The notes beneath the pieces are model-generated. The model was not told where the DNA came from. It saw only the letters and a list, made by a program, of their open reading frames with translations, and did no database searches. A DNA stretch of 64,000 bases from Gemmatimonadota bacterium (GTDB lineage: Bacteria > Gemmatimonadota > Gemmatimonadetes > Gemmatimonadales > GWC2-71-9): the NCBI GenBank assembly GCA_039586365.1, contig JBDHKN010000003.1:38275-102274 (forward strand), read 5' to 3'. Both the position numbers and the translations under genes were made by a program. Shown here in pieces: positions 1 to 9,551 of the stretch. The number at the start of each line of letters is the position of its first letter. The first letter of the stretch is position 1.

Positions 1-2
1 AT

Positions 3-458
3 CCCGACATGCAGGTGTCGGGGTTCGCGACGCTCGATGAGCTTGCCGGACGTCAGTTGGTTCGGCCGCGCTTCAACATGTTTCTGGTGGGTGCGTTCGC
101 ACTACTGGCTATGGTGCTGACTGCCGTGGGTGTCTACGGTGTCGTGGCGTACTCTGTGGCGCAACGCACACAGGAGATCGGTGTCCGTATCGCTCTCGGC
201 GCGCACCGCGGTGCCATCGTGCGATGGGTCATCGAAAAGGGCATAGGGCCTACGCTGGTAGGTTTACTGCTCGGCTTGGGTGGTGCGTTCGCGATCACTC
301 GGGTGTTGGCGAGTCTGTTGTACGGTGTGCGGCCCAGAGACCCGCTGACGTTCGGGGCAACCGCACTGTTCGTAGTCGTGGTTTCACTGCTTGCGAGCTA
401 CGTTCCGGCCTGGCGGGCCACGAAGGTCGATGCGGTGGTGGCGCTGAGGCAAGAGTAG
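3..458 (+). CDS. ABC transporter permease, MacB/FtsX (ADOP-type), C-terminal part; 5' end outside the window
   Basis: FtsX-type C-terminus 'GVYGVVAYSVAQRTQEIGVRIALGA...YVPAWRATKVDAVVALRQE'; frame is open from the window edge. Confidence 0.9.
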   Translation, partial: PDMQVSGFATLDELAGRQLVRPRFNMFLVGAFALLAMVLTAVGVYGVVAYSVAQRTQEIGVRIALGAHRGAIVRWVIEKGIGPTLVGLLLGLGGAFAITRVLASLLYGVRPRDPLTFGATALFVVVVSLLASYVPAWRATKVDAVVALRQE

Positions 459-467
459 TCTTGGAGA

Positions 468-488
468 GAGCGGGGAGCGGGGAGCGGT
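468..488 (+). repeat. Short tandem heptamer (GAGCGGG)x3, last copy imperfect
   Basis: gagcggg gagcggg gagcggt, between convergent genes. Confidence 0.6.
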
Positions 489-536
489 GGACGGGGTACC
501 CGCTGGATGAAAGAGCACATTCACGCAAACTGACGG

Positions 537-1796
537 CTACGGTTTGATGAGTTCGTACAAGCGCACCTGCTCCACGTCAAACTCGTCTTGCCATACTCCG
601 AGCACGAAGTCGGACCCGATTTGGTGAACGGTGAAGTCTGGCGGCAGATCGACGCTGCCTAGCAGCCGGTGGCTGTTGTCAAACACGCTCCACTTGGGAT
701 CTGCCTCGCCCAATGGGAGGTACTCCTCCACCCACAGGTTTCCGTCTGCGTCGACGACAATGTCGCCATGTGCGGGCATTGACTCGGGGTACGGTAGACC
801 TCTCAGTTGCTGCAGCCGGTCCCGTCGCTCAGTCTCGTCAACGATGTCTGCCAGGGTTGTTTCCTGATATCTCGCAATGTCAGCCGCAGTCACCGAGCGA
901 TTGGGTCGTGTTCTCCGCACACTCGCACTGAGGACTCCGTCACTATCGAAGTAGGACACTTCGTAGCTATCCTGCGAGCTGGTGTAGTAGCCAGCTGGAG
1001 CGACCGCGAATACGGCGGTTCGGCCAAACGGAAGTTGCTGGAACGCTGCAGCGACGACTTCACCGGACGTGCGAAGTTGCAGCGTACCTTCCGCGCCAGC
1101 GAAGGAGCCCAACGAGTCGATTACCTCTCCGTTGCTCGTGATCCGAAACGCACTGTCCATGAACCGGAGAGTGCCCTCTTCCATGTCATCGCCGCTCCGC
1201 AACTGATATCGCAGGCGTTCGCGGATGTTGCTCTCAGTCATGAGCAAGGAGCCATCCGAAAATGCTCCCTGCAAATCACCATGCGGTCTCTCGAGGACTG
1301 CCGAGCGAGAGAGGACACCGTGGCGGTCGAAAACTGAGAGGCTTCGATTTCGCGGGTCAAAAGCGATGATGGAATCCGTGCCATATTGGATAATGTGGTC
1401 CAAGTTCCTGAACTCACTGGGCCCTCCGCCTTGTCCGCCAACTGTTCTCAGATGAGCCCCGTCGGCCGCGTACCACCTCAGTTCCTGCGTGCCGGTGTTG
1501 GCCAAGATGACAGATCCGTCGTCGAGTCTGAGGCAACTGGAGACGCGGTAGAGCTGGTACTGGGGATCTCCGTCGGACACACCGATCGAGACTTGCGGCT
1601 GCGGAGGCAGCTGCCAGGCCGACTCCTCGTCCCAGAGCTGCGCCGCGTTCTCGACGATGATAACGCCCGAGCTGTCGCGGAGGGCTGCCGAGCGATCGAG
1701 CGTTGGTTCGGCGCAGCCCGCCAGCGCGACGACGAATAGCGGCAGTGGACCCAGGTTTGGACCAGCCAGCCGCGAAAGTGGAGCAGGAAATGACAT
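537..1796 (-). CDS. Beta-propeller (NHL/6-bladed-like) lipoprotein
   Basis: Lipobox-like 'LAGC'; 'GGQGGGPSEF', 'VDADGNLWV', 'WSVFD...LLG.V.LP' and terminal 'DEFDVEQVRLYEL'. Confidence 0.75.
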   Translation of the reverse strand: MSFPAPLSRLAGPNLGPLPLFVVALAGCAEPTLDRSAALRDSSGVIIVENAAQLWDEESAWQLPPQPQVSIGVSDGDPQYQLYRVSSCLRLDDGSVILANTGTQELRWYAADGAHLRTVGGQGGGPSEFRNLDHIIQYGTDSIIAFDPRNRSLSVFDRHGVLSRSAVLERPHGDLQGAFSDGSLLMTESNIRERLRYQLRSGDDMEEGTLRFMDSAFRITSNGEVIDSLGSFAGAEGTLQLRTSGEVVAAAFQQLPFGRTAVFAVAPAGYYTSSQDSYEVSYFDSDGVLSASVRRTRPNRSVTAADIARYQETTLADIVDETERRDRLQQLRGLPYPESMPAHGDIVVDADGNLWVEEYLPLGEADPKWSVFDNSHRLLGSVDLPPDFTVHQIGSDFVLGVWQDEFDVEQVRLYELIKP

Positions 1797-2173
1797 GGTG
1801 ATGTCTTTAGCAATACGGTGTCGTCAAGATGTACCGGACATGATCAGATAATAATACCGAGTTTTCCAGCAACAGGTTCATGAGGTCGGTGAGTGGAGTG
1901 GGATCCATTTCGACGTCCATCAAGGATGAAGTATCCCGTCCGTCGTCCAACTGCTCCGGCAGTTGGTACACCCACTCGTTGTTAGATTCAAAGCTGCAAT
2001 AACTTGCGGTGACGAATGGCACAGTTACAGGCAGCGCTCTAACATACGGTGGCATTATCATGACTGCATCCACCTCGGAGTGAGCTGATGACCCACATGA
2101 TACGCAGGCTAGACGGTCCTTCTCTACCAACAGATGTCACGTTTCTAATACGATGCTCCACAAGGTCACTAAC

Positions 2174-2839
2174 ATGAAGGTCATCATATTCGGAGCTAGC
2201 GGAATGGTGGGACAGGGAGTCTTGAAGGAATGTATCGACGATGCCGATGTGACATCCATCTTGGTAGTAGGGCGAAGCTCATGCACGGTCGAGCACGACA
2301 AGCTGCGCGAGGTCATCCACGACGACTTCTTTGACTACTCACGCATAGATGACGAGCTCACCGGTCACGACGTCTGCTTCTTCTGCTTGGGCGTCTCCGC
2401 CGCAGGGATGGGCGAGGAACAATACCATCGTTTGACCTATGAACTCACGGTCCGTACCGCTGAGACACTGGTGGAGCTGAATCCGAACATGACCTTCTGC
2501 TATGTGTCCGGTGCCGGTACAGACAGCACGGAGAGTGGCCGCAGCATATGGGCCCGGGTCAAAGGCAAGACCGAGAACCGCTTGATGCGGTTGCCGTTCA
2601 AGGCCGTGTACCTGCTTCGGCCGGGCTACATTCAGCCGCTCAAAGGAATCAGGTCCAAGACACGGATCTACCGGGTCGTCTATACGCTGTTGGGGCCGCT
2701 CTACCCCCTGCTGAAGACACTATTCCCGAAATACGTGACGACGACCGAGAAACTTGGCCGCGCCATGATACACGTGGCGAGCGGCGGATATCCCCGGAAC
2801 GTGCTGGAGAATCGGGACATCAACGCGATGGCCGTGTAG
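2174..2839 (+). CDS. NAD(P)-binding epimerase/dehydratase-like protein (TIP30/YraR-like)
   Basis: Rossmann motif 'MKVIIFGASGMVGQGV'; 'FCYVSGAGTDS', 'WARVKGKTEN'. Confidence 0.85.
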   Translation: MKVIIFGASGMVGQGVLKECIDDADVTSILVVGRSSCTVEHDKLREVIHDDFFDYSRIDDELTGHDVCFFCLGVSAAGMGEEQYHRLTYELTVRTAETLVELNPNMTFCYVSGAGTDSTESGRSIWARVKGKTENRLMRLPFKAVYLLRPGYIQPLKGIRSKTRIYRVVYTLLGPLYPLLKTLFPKYVTTTEKLGRAMIHVASGGYPRNVLENRDINAMAV

Positions 2840-2912
2840 CGGAAGCAGTCATGCATGAAGAGATCTGTGAGCCTGCGGAGTAATGTTCCCTAACCTACGG
2901 AGGTCGATCTCC

Positions 2913-3833
2913 ATGAAGCGAATGTTGTTCTTCATTGTTGTTGCGTCGGTGTCATGTCGAGCGACCGATCAGTCGGAAGACCGCATGCCAGAATTGTCTG
3001 GTGAGTATCTGGGGCAGACCGCGCCAGGCATGACTTCCCAGTTGTTCGCGCCGAGGTTTGTCTCAACTGAATATGGGGAACTGAATTCTGTTTTCTCGCA
3101 GAGTGGGCAAGAGTTCTACTTCTCACGGCGCGGAATTCCGGGAAGACCATCCACCATTATGGTCACCAGCCAGAGCGGTGGGTCTTGGTCGCCGCCTGAA
3201 GTTGTCGACTTTGATGATCGCTATAGCGCCATCGATCTGTTCATCACGGCCGACGGGCAACGGATGATATTCTGCTCCAACCGGCCACGGGAGCGAGGCG
3301 GAGCCGTCCGGCAAGATCACGACTTCTGGATCTCGCAGAGGGCCGGTGACGGTTGGGGAGAACCTCAACTCTTTGCCGCCGCCGCACTCTCTGATTTTGA
3401 GGAGTATTACCCTATCGTTACAAAGAACGGCAATCTCTACTTCAACTCCCAACGCGAAGGTATCGGTACCAACAACATCTATCGATCCTCGCTGGTTGAC
3501 GGGCGATATAGACCGGCTGAGAAGCTGCCCGAGCCGGTCAACTCGCAGTACAGGGAATTCGATGCCTATGTCTCACCCGAAGAGGACGTGATCATCTTCT
3601 CGTCGGAGAGGCCCGGAGGCATCGGTGGGTCAGATATCTATGTCAGTTTTCAGGCTGAGGACGGAGCTTGGTCTGAGCCCCTGAATCTGGGTGTAGAGGT
3701 CAACTCATCGGGTTCGGAGTTCGGCGCAATGCCTTCTCCCGATAGCCGTTATTTCTTCTTCACGAGCACCAGGGGTGGGAATGAGAACATCTACTGGATT
3801 GCGGCGGAGGTGATCAGCTCGTTGAAAAGGTGA
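2913..3833 (+). CDS. PD40/TolB-like beta-propeller lipoprotein
   Basis: RBS GGAGG; signal ending 'SVSC'; 'YLGQTAPG...FAP' and repeats 'SPEEDVIIFSSERPGG.GGSDIYVSF', 'SPDSRYFFFTS'. Confidence 0.85.
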   Translation: MKRMLFFIVVASVSCRATDQSEDRMPELSGEYLGQTAPGMTSQLFAPRFVSTEYGELNSVFSQSGQEFYFSRRGIPGRPSTIMVTSQSGGSWSPPEVVDFDDRYSAIDLFITADGQRMIFCSNRPRERGGAVRQDHDFWISQRAGDGWGEPQLFAAAALSDFEEYYPIVTKNGNLYFNSQREGIGTNNIYRSSLVDGRYRPAEKLPEPVNSQYREFDAYVSPEEDVIIFSSERPGGIGGSDIYVSFQAEDGAWSEPLNLGVEVNSSGSEFGAMPSPDSRYFFFTSTRGGNENIYWIAAEVISSLKR

Positions 3834-4133
3834 GTCTACCAAGCTACAGCCGCACGTTGAGCTGGATGCCGGCTGTATCCATCCCTGCGCTGCGGGTACT
3901 GTGCTTGCCGCTGGGGGCAACTCCTACCTCCACACACCCAAGTAGTGACACTGTTCTGCCGAGCTAGCAGCCGGCTGACACCGACGATAAGGGTCCTCGT
4001 CGCCTGTCTGGTCGAGCACAGGATAGTGCCTGGCCTCGCCAACTGCCGACCCATAGCTTTGTCACGAGACGCGAGGAGGGCTCGCGCTGGCGCATTGAGG
4101 ATAACTGATGCTGTCAAAGGGAGCGGTCTAGCG

Positions 4134-5537
4134 ATGACGATGATCATCTGTTCAGCCACTCTGGTCACAATATTGGCGTCAGGCTTTCTGCCGCCGCCAA
4201 TGCTGGCCGTAACCCGGTCGGTTCATCTCCAAGGTATCCAAGATCAGCAAGCGTTGTTCGCTGACATCGATCGGAACCGAGCGCGCCACCTGGATTTCCT
4301 GCAGAGTCTCATACGGGCCTCGGTGGATGGTGAGGAAGCGGTTCAGACTCTGGTCGCCGAGCGATTCGAGCAACTTGGACTCGAGGTTCAAACCCTCAGC
4401 TTACTGCCGACCCGTTTGAACCTCGATCTCGAGTTCGCCGCCGAGGAAACCATCGACATGGTGAAACGGATTAGTGTGCTTGGTCGGCTCGAGGGCGACG
4501 GCATGGGTAAGAGCCTCTTGTTCTTTGCACACCCTGACGGTGAGCCGATAACTGACGAGTCAACGCGGGATTGGAAACACGATCCGTTTGCGGCGGAGAT
4601 TGACGACGGTCGTATCTATGGTTGGGGTGTGGCCGATGATTTGGCCGGTGTCGCTATCATGGCGGAAGCTTTGAGCGCTGTCCTGGAAACGGTGGGTCGG
4701 CCGCAGGGGAACATCTATCTCGGAAGTACACCGGCCAAGCGAAACGCCCGCGGCATCCTCGCATTGTTGAATGAAGGTCTCCAGGCAGACGCCTCAGTGT
4801 ACCTCCATCCCGCCGAGTCTGAGCAAGGACTGAAGGACATCAAGGCGATCACCTCAGGCATGCTGCAGCTCCGGATCACAGTGTTTGGTGCGCCGCCCGA
4901 CACGAAGGAGCCCGGGCAAACCGCGTTTGCACACATGGCGACCAATGCGGTCCACATGGCAAATGCAGTAGTAGAATCGCTGCTGCGTCTCGACGAAGAA
5001 CGCGCTCGCAGAGTGCACCATGCAGCGCTCGAGCGTGCGGTTGGACGTTCGACCAATTTGCTGGTAAGCCATATTGCGTGTGGTGAAGGCAACAGGCTGA
5101 CGCGGGTTCCGACCGAATGCGTGATTGGTGCTTCAGTTACGTTTCCTCCAAATGAAGATCTCGCCGACGTTCAAGACGACCTGATGACAGCTTTGTCTGA
5201 AGTCTCCCATACTGATACTTGGCCGACCGGGCAATCGCCCTCGGTCGAGTGGCTCTTCGGGACCCAGGGAGTGGAAGTGCCGCCTGAGCACCCACTGTAC
5301 GAGACTGTACACGCTGCCGTACAGCTTGTCACCGGGCAAGAACCAGAAGTAAACCCCCTGCACTCAGCCAGCGATATCAGAAACCCGACTCTGTTTCGAG
5401 GCATACCCACCGTCGGCATAGGCCCTTTGGCGGGTGATTTGACACAGGCCGGTGGACACGACGAGTGGGTGGACGTCGAGGACTACATTCGAGCGATCAA
5501 GATCTGCGCCAAGATCATTGCTGACTGGAGCGGGTAA
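4134..5537 (+). CDS. M20/ArgE-DapE family metallopeptidase/deacylase (atypical metal motifs); start uncertain
   Basis: 'SLLFFAHPD', 'WKHDPF...DGRIYGWGVADD', C-terminal 'IPTVGIGP...HDEWVDVED'. Confidence 0.8.
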   Translation: MTMIICSATLVTILASGFLPPPMLAVTRSVHLQGIQDQQALFADIDRNRARHLDFLQSLIRASVDGEEAVQTLVAERFEQLGLEVQTLSLLPTRLNLDLEFAAEETIDMVKRISVLGRLEGDGMGKSLLFFAHPDGEPITDESTRDWKHDPFAAEIDDGRIYGWGVADDLAGVAIMAEALSAVLETVGRPQGNIYLGSTPAKRNARGILALLNEGLQADASVYLHPAESEQGLKDIKAITSGMLQLRITVFGAPPDTKEPGQTAFAHMATNAVHMANAVVESLLRLDEERARRVHHAALERAVGRSTNLLVSHIACGEGNRLTRVPTECVIGASVTFPPNEDLADVQDDLMTALSEVSHTDTWPTGQSPSVEWLFGTQGVEVPPEHPLYETVHAAVQLVTGQEPEVNPLHSASDIRNPTLFRGIPTVGIGPLAGDLTQAGGHDEWVDVEDYIRAIKICAKIIADWSG

Positions 5538-5591
5538 CTGATCCTCTCCAACGACTCGTCGTGGCGACAAGAGCCACTGACCGGATCATCC

Positions 5592-6113
5592 ATGGCTGAT
5601 CTGTCAACAGAGACCAGCGGGCGACTGACAGTCGTTCCTGTGGGGCGGACTGAAGCAATGCTGTGTTGGATCCGCCGGTCGGTTGAGATCGCAGTTGTGG
5701 CCCTCTTCGCAGCGTTGACAGTTGCGGTCTTCTTCCAGGTGGTCGCGCGTTATGTGTTCAACCGACCGCCTGCATGGACCGAAGAGCTGGCCCGGTATTG
5801 TCAGGTCTGGCTCGTACTACTGTCTTCCTCACTCTGCATCCGCAAGGGCAGCCATTTGGCTGTCGACTACCTGGGGCCCACACTCAAGTCTTCGGCACGG
5901 AAGGCCTTGGCCATCGGGATTGGGGTGCTGATTGCGGTCTATGCAGCGGTCGTATCGATCTGGGGAATCCGTCTGATGGTAGTGGGATTCTACCAGGTTT
6001 CGCCTGCCATGCAGGTCAATATGGGAGTTGTCTATGCCGTCTTCCCGTTAGCCGGGGGATTGATGGTGATGGAGGCACTGCTGGTCACACTGCGACGGCT
6101 GCGGGGAGGTTAG
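5592..6113 (+). CDS. dctQ: TRAP transporter small permease
   Basis: 4 TM segments; 'QVVARYVFN..AWTEELARY', 'GSHLAVD'. Confidence 0.92.
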   Translation: MADLSTETSGRLTVVPVGRTEAMLCWIRRSVEIAVVALFAALTVAVFFQVVARYVFNRPPAWTEELARYCQVWLVLLSSSLCIRKGSHLAVDYLGPTLKSSARKALAIGIGVLIAVYAAVVSIWGIRLMVVGFYQVSPAMQVNMGVVYAVFPLAGGLMVMEALLVTLRRLRGG

Positions 6114-6118
6114 GAAGA

Positions 6119-7399
6119 GTGATCGGGTTGGTCCTGGTTCTCCTCGGATTGATCCTGGTCGGCGTCCCGGTGGCGTTTGCACTCGGCTTGGGTGCCCTAT
6201 TTGCGTTGCTGGCGGAACCCGCCCTGCCGCTGGCTTTGGTACCCCAGCGGATGTTCACCGCGCTCGATTCCTGGCCGATCATGGCAGTGCCGCTGTTCAT
6301 GCTGGCGGGTGGATTGATGGACAAGGGCGGGATGTCGCGTCGGATTGTGGATTTCGCCTCTGCCTGCCTGTGTTTTGTGCGCGGCAGCCTAGGGATGGTG
6401 ATGGTGTTCGCGAGCATGGTCTTCGCTGGCATCTCGGGTTCCTCCACCGCCGACACTGCGGCGGTCGGCTCGATCCTGTTGCCCGCCATGCGTCGTCGGG
6501 GATACGACATGCGTTTCGCTGCCGCGCTGCAGGCGGCCGCTGGCGCCATCGGTCCTGTAATACCGCCTAGCATACTGATGATTCTGATCGGTTACGTGAC
6601 CGGGACTTCAGTGGCCCAACTGTTTCTGGCTGGAGTTGTCCCGGGTGTAATGATCGGTGTTTGCCTCATGGTCGTGGCCTATCGACAGGCCCTGCGGGAA
6701 GGCCCCGCCGGCGATGCTCCAACTCCGCTCAACTGGCGAGAGATCTCGCGCACCGGGCGCCAGGCTCTTCCCGCGCTGGGTCTTCCGGTGTTGATCGTGT
6801 GCGGAATTCTCGGTGGCATCTTCACTGCCACCGAGGCCGCGGCCGCGGCCGTGGCCTATGGCCTGGTGGTTGGACGGTTCGTCTATGCTGAAATCACGTG
6901 GGGGGATCTCCGGGCAATTGCACTCGACGCGGCCGAGAAGTCCTGCGTCGTGCTCTTCATCGCGGCGACCGCAATGCTATTCGCCTGGTTGGTCGCCGTC
7001 CATCAACTGCCTCAGGCGCTAGGGGAGGCGCTCCGGACCCACATCGGGAGCCGCACGTTGTTCCTGATCTTTCTGAACCTGGCGTTGCTGTTGATCGGGA
7101 TGTTCTTGGAGAGCTTCTCAGCCGTGATCGTGTTCATGCCGATTCTCTTCCCTGTAGCCCAGGGTTTCGGGATTGAGCCGCTGCATTTTGGGATCATGGC
7201 AACAGTCAACCTGGCGATCGGGTATATCACGCCGCCGTATGGCGCCACGCTGTTTGTGGCCTGCGGTATTTCAGGACAGAATGTGCGAGCCGTCAGCTCA
7301 AGAGTAGTCCCAATCTTGATAGCTATGCTGCTGGTGCTGCTCGTAGTCACCTACTGGCCGGAGAGTGTACTCTGGCTACCACGCTTGGCCAGGCCCTAG
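6119..7399 (+). CDS. dctM: TRAP transporter large permease
   Basis: GTG start 5 nt after the dctQ stop; 'AVPLFMLAG', 'FAGISGSSTAD', 'IPPSI', 'TATEA', 'ITPPYG'. Confidence 0.93.
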   Translation: MIGLVLVLLGLILVGVPVAFALGLGALFALLAEPALPLALVPQRMFTALDSWPIMAVPLFMLAGGLMDKGGMSRRIVDFASACLCFVRGSLGMVMVFASMVFAGISGSSTADTAAVGSILLPAMRRRGYDMRFAAALQAAAGAIGPVIPPSILMILIGYVTGTSVAQLFLAGVVPGVMIGVCLMVVAYRQALREGPAGDAPTPLNWREISRTGRQALPALGLPVLIVCGILGGIFTATEAAAAAVAYGLVVGRFVYAEITWGDLRAIALDAAEKSCVVLFIAATAMLFAWLVAVHQLPQALGEALRTHIGSRTLFLIFLNLALLLIGMFLESFSAVIVFMPILFPVAQGFGIEPLHFGIMATVNLAIGYITPPYGATLFVACGISGQNVRAVSSRVVPILIAMLLVLLVVTYWPESVLWLPRLARP

Positions 7400-7408
7400 C
7401 CCGCAAAT

Positions 7409-8398
7409 ATGCTGGTGAGGAAAGGGACGCTCTGCCCGTTACTTGTTCTGTTTCTCTTGGGATGCAGATCCGGTGAACAGACAGTGATCAAGGCCGCACT
7501 CAGCCAGAATCCTGGGGAGCCCCAGGTACGGGCTGTGGAGTCGTTCAAACGGATGGTGGAGGAGCGGACAGCGGGCCATATCAGCGTGCGGATCTACCCT
7601 AACAATCAGCTTGGCAACCAACGGGATGTGGTCGAGGGCCTGCAGCTGGGCAGCATCGAGTTGAGCAATATTGCCAGTGTCATGGCCAGCTTCGTCCCGG
7701 AGGTCAATCTGTTCGAGTTGCCGTTTCTGTTCGACGGTCCAGAGCATTTCGACGCGGTGCTCGACTCTCCGATCGGGGAGAGCCTGCGGTCAGCCTTCGA
7801 GCGAAGGGGTCTGTATCTGCTGGGCTACTTCGATGCAGGCGAACGTCATATCATGACGACCACCCGTGCGGTCCGGAGCTTGGCGGATGTGAGAGGGCTC
7901 AAGATCCGCACCATGGAGAATCCGGTGCACCTGGCGACCTTTCGCGCCTTCGGTGCCAACCCCCTGCCCATGGCATATGGAGAGCTGTACACCGCGCTGG
8001 AGCAGGGGGTGATCGACGGAGCGGAGGCTGCCGACCCCAACTATTTCGCCAAGCGGTTCTACGAACCGGCCCCCCACTGGGCCCGCGTGGGTTGGATCCG
8101 GTTGATCGAATACGTGGTTATGAGCCGCTCGTTCTATCTGAGCCTGGCCCCGGAGGATCGTCACATTGTCGATAGCGCCGCCCGCACCATGATCCTCCAG
8201 CAAAGAGCCTGGTACCGAGAGGAAGCCGATTCAGCGCTGGGACGGCTGCGGGAAGCGGGTGTACGGATCACTTTTCCTGAGCGGGGACCCTTCCGAGAAG
8301 CTGCCCGACGTGTACATGACGAGTGGGCTGATCGGGTAGGTGGGATGGACAGAATCCAAGAGATCCTTAATAAACGGGACGCGGTCGTGGCCCGGTGA
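7409..8398 (+). CDS. dctP: TRAP transporter substrate-binding protein (lipoprotein)
   Basis: 'LLGC' lipobox; 'YPNNQLG', 'LPFLF', 'GLKIRTM', 'ELYTALEQGVIDGAE'. Confidence 0.93.
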   Translation: MLVRKGTLCPLLVLFLLGCRSGEQTVIKAALSQNPGEPQVRAVESFKRMVEERTAGHISVRIYPNNQLGNQRDVVEGLQLGSIELSNIASVMASFVPEVNLFELPFLFDGPEHFDAVLDSPIGESLRSAFERRGLYLLGYFDAGERHIMTTTRAVRSLADVRGLKIRTMENPVHLATFRAFGANPLPMAYGELYTALEQGVIDGAEAADPNYFAKRFYEPAPHWARVGWIRLIEYVVMSRSFYLSLAPEDRHIVDSAARTMILQQRAWYREEADSALGRLREAGVRITFPERGPFREAARRVHDEWADRVGGMDRIQEILNKRDAVVAR

Positions 8399-8422
8399 TA
8401 CGAGAGGACAAGAGGACCTAGT

Positions 8423-9421
8423 ATGGAAAGTCGACTTCTAGGGCGCACCGGTGTCAGAGTCTCGGCCCTGGCTCTGGGTACCGCCAATTTCGCCGATCCC
8501 ACTCCCGAAGCAGAGGCGATCAGGATTGTGGAACGGGCGATCGACGCTGGCATCAATCTGATCGACACGGGTGACTCCTATGCCTCCGGGGAGAGCGAGT
8601 GCTACATTGGACGCGCGCTCAGGCGAAACGGCCTGAGGAATCGGGTGCTGGTGGCAACCAAGGTGCACTATCCAGTGGGTCCTGGTCCTAACGATCGCGG
8701 CAACTCCCGCCTACACATCTTGCGAGCCTGTGAAGATTCGCTGCGGCGGCTGCAAACCGATCACATCGACATCTACCAGGTCCACCGCCCCGACCCGGAT
8801 ACCGATCCTGAGGAGACGCTCGCTGCCCTGAACGATCTGGTCCGGTGGGGGCGTGTGCGTTACGTGGCCTGCTCCACCCACCCGGCCTGGCAGGTTATGG
8901 AGGCACTGGCGATCAGTGAACGCCGGGGTTATGCCCGCTATTGCCTGGAGCAACCGCCATACAACCTGCTCGACCGGCGCATAGAGAACGAGTTGGTGCC
9001 GCTCTGTCTCCAGCATGACCTAGGGATCACCCCCTGGGCGCCGACAGCCCACGGTATGCTATCGGGCCGCTACAGTTCGGCGGCAGACTATCCGAACGGA
9101 TCACGTGCGTCTCACCGCGGCGGGATATACGCCGAGCGGATTTGCGCCCGCGGGATCGAGACGGGCAACCGTTTCGTAGCGCTGGCCGGCGAAGCAGGAA
9201 TCCGGCCCACTCAGCTCGCAGTTCTGTGGGTCAAGGATCAGCCGGGCATGACGGCTCCCATCATCGGGCCCCGCACTGTCGCTCAGCTGGAAGACCTGCT
9301 GCCTGTGGGTGACATGCGGTTGGATGACGATGTTCGCCAAGTCTGTGACCAGCTGGTTCCTCCCGGGAGCGCAGTCGCCGACTTCCACAACACCGCTCCT
9401 TGGATGAAAATGCAGGTGTAG
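8423..9421 (+). CDS. Aldo/keto reductase
   Basis: '[14 protein letters not shown]', 'GINLIDT..Y..G.SE', 'ATK', '[16 protein letters not shown]', 'QPPYNLL'. Confidence 0.93.
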   Translation: MESRLLGRTGVRVSALALGTANFADPTPEAEAIRIVERAIDAGINLIDTGDSYASGESECYIGRALRRNGLRNRVLVATKVHYPVGPGPNDRGNSRLHILRACEDSLRRLQTDHIDIYQVHRPDPDTDPEETLAALNDLVRWGRVRYVACSTHPAWQVMEALAISERRGYARYCLEQPPYNLLDRRIENELVPLCLQHDLGITPWAPTAHGMLSGRYSSAADYPNGSRASHRGGIYAERICARGIETGNRFVALAGEAGIRPTQLAVLWVKDQPGMTAPIIGPRTVAQLEDLLPVGDMRLDDDVRQVCDQLVPPGSAVADFHNTAPWMKMQV

Positions 9422-9551
9422 TGGTCCGTCTCTCGCTCCGATCGGCTGCTACGCGATTGAGAGTTCTCATGGTTCTGCGACTTCAGCGCTGACCAGCCGA
9501 AGCCGGCAGCAATGCGAGGTGTGGAGTTCTCGACTGGCATGCTCGTCTCGT

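Noticed and set aside
1807..2130. 107-aa minus-strand ORF filling the gap between two genes
   Set aside because: TTG start, no clear RBS and no recognisable motif; could be a decayed gene, but I cannot support a call.
5774..6118. Long N-terminal extension of dctM in the ORF track
   Set aside because: Overlaps dctQ in another frame; the hydrophobic DctM sequence begins at GTG 6119.
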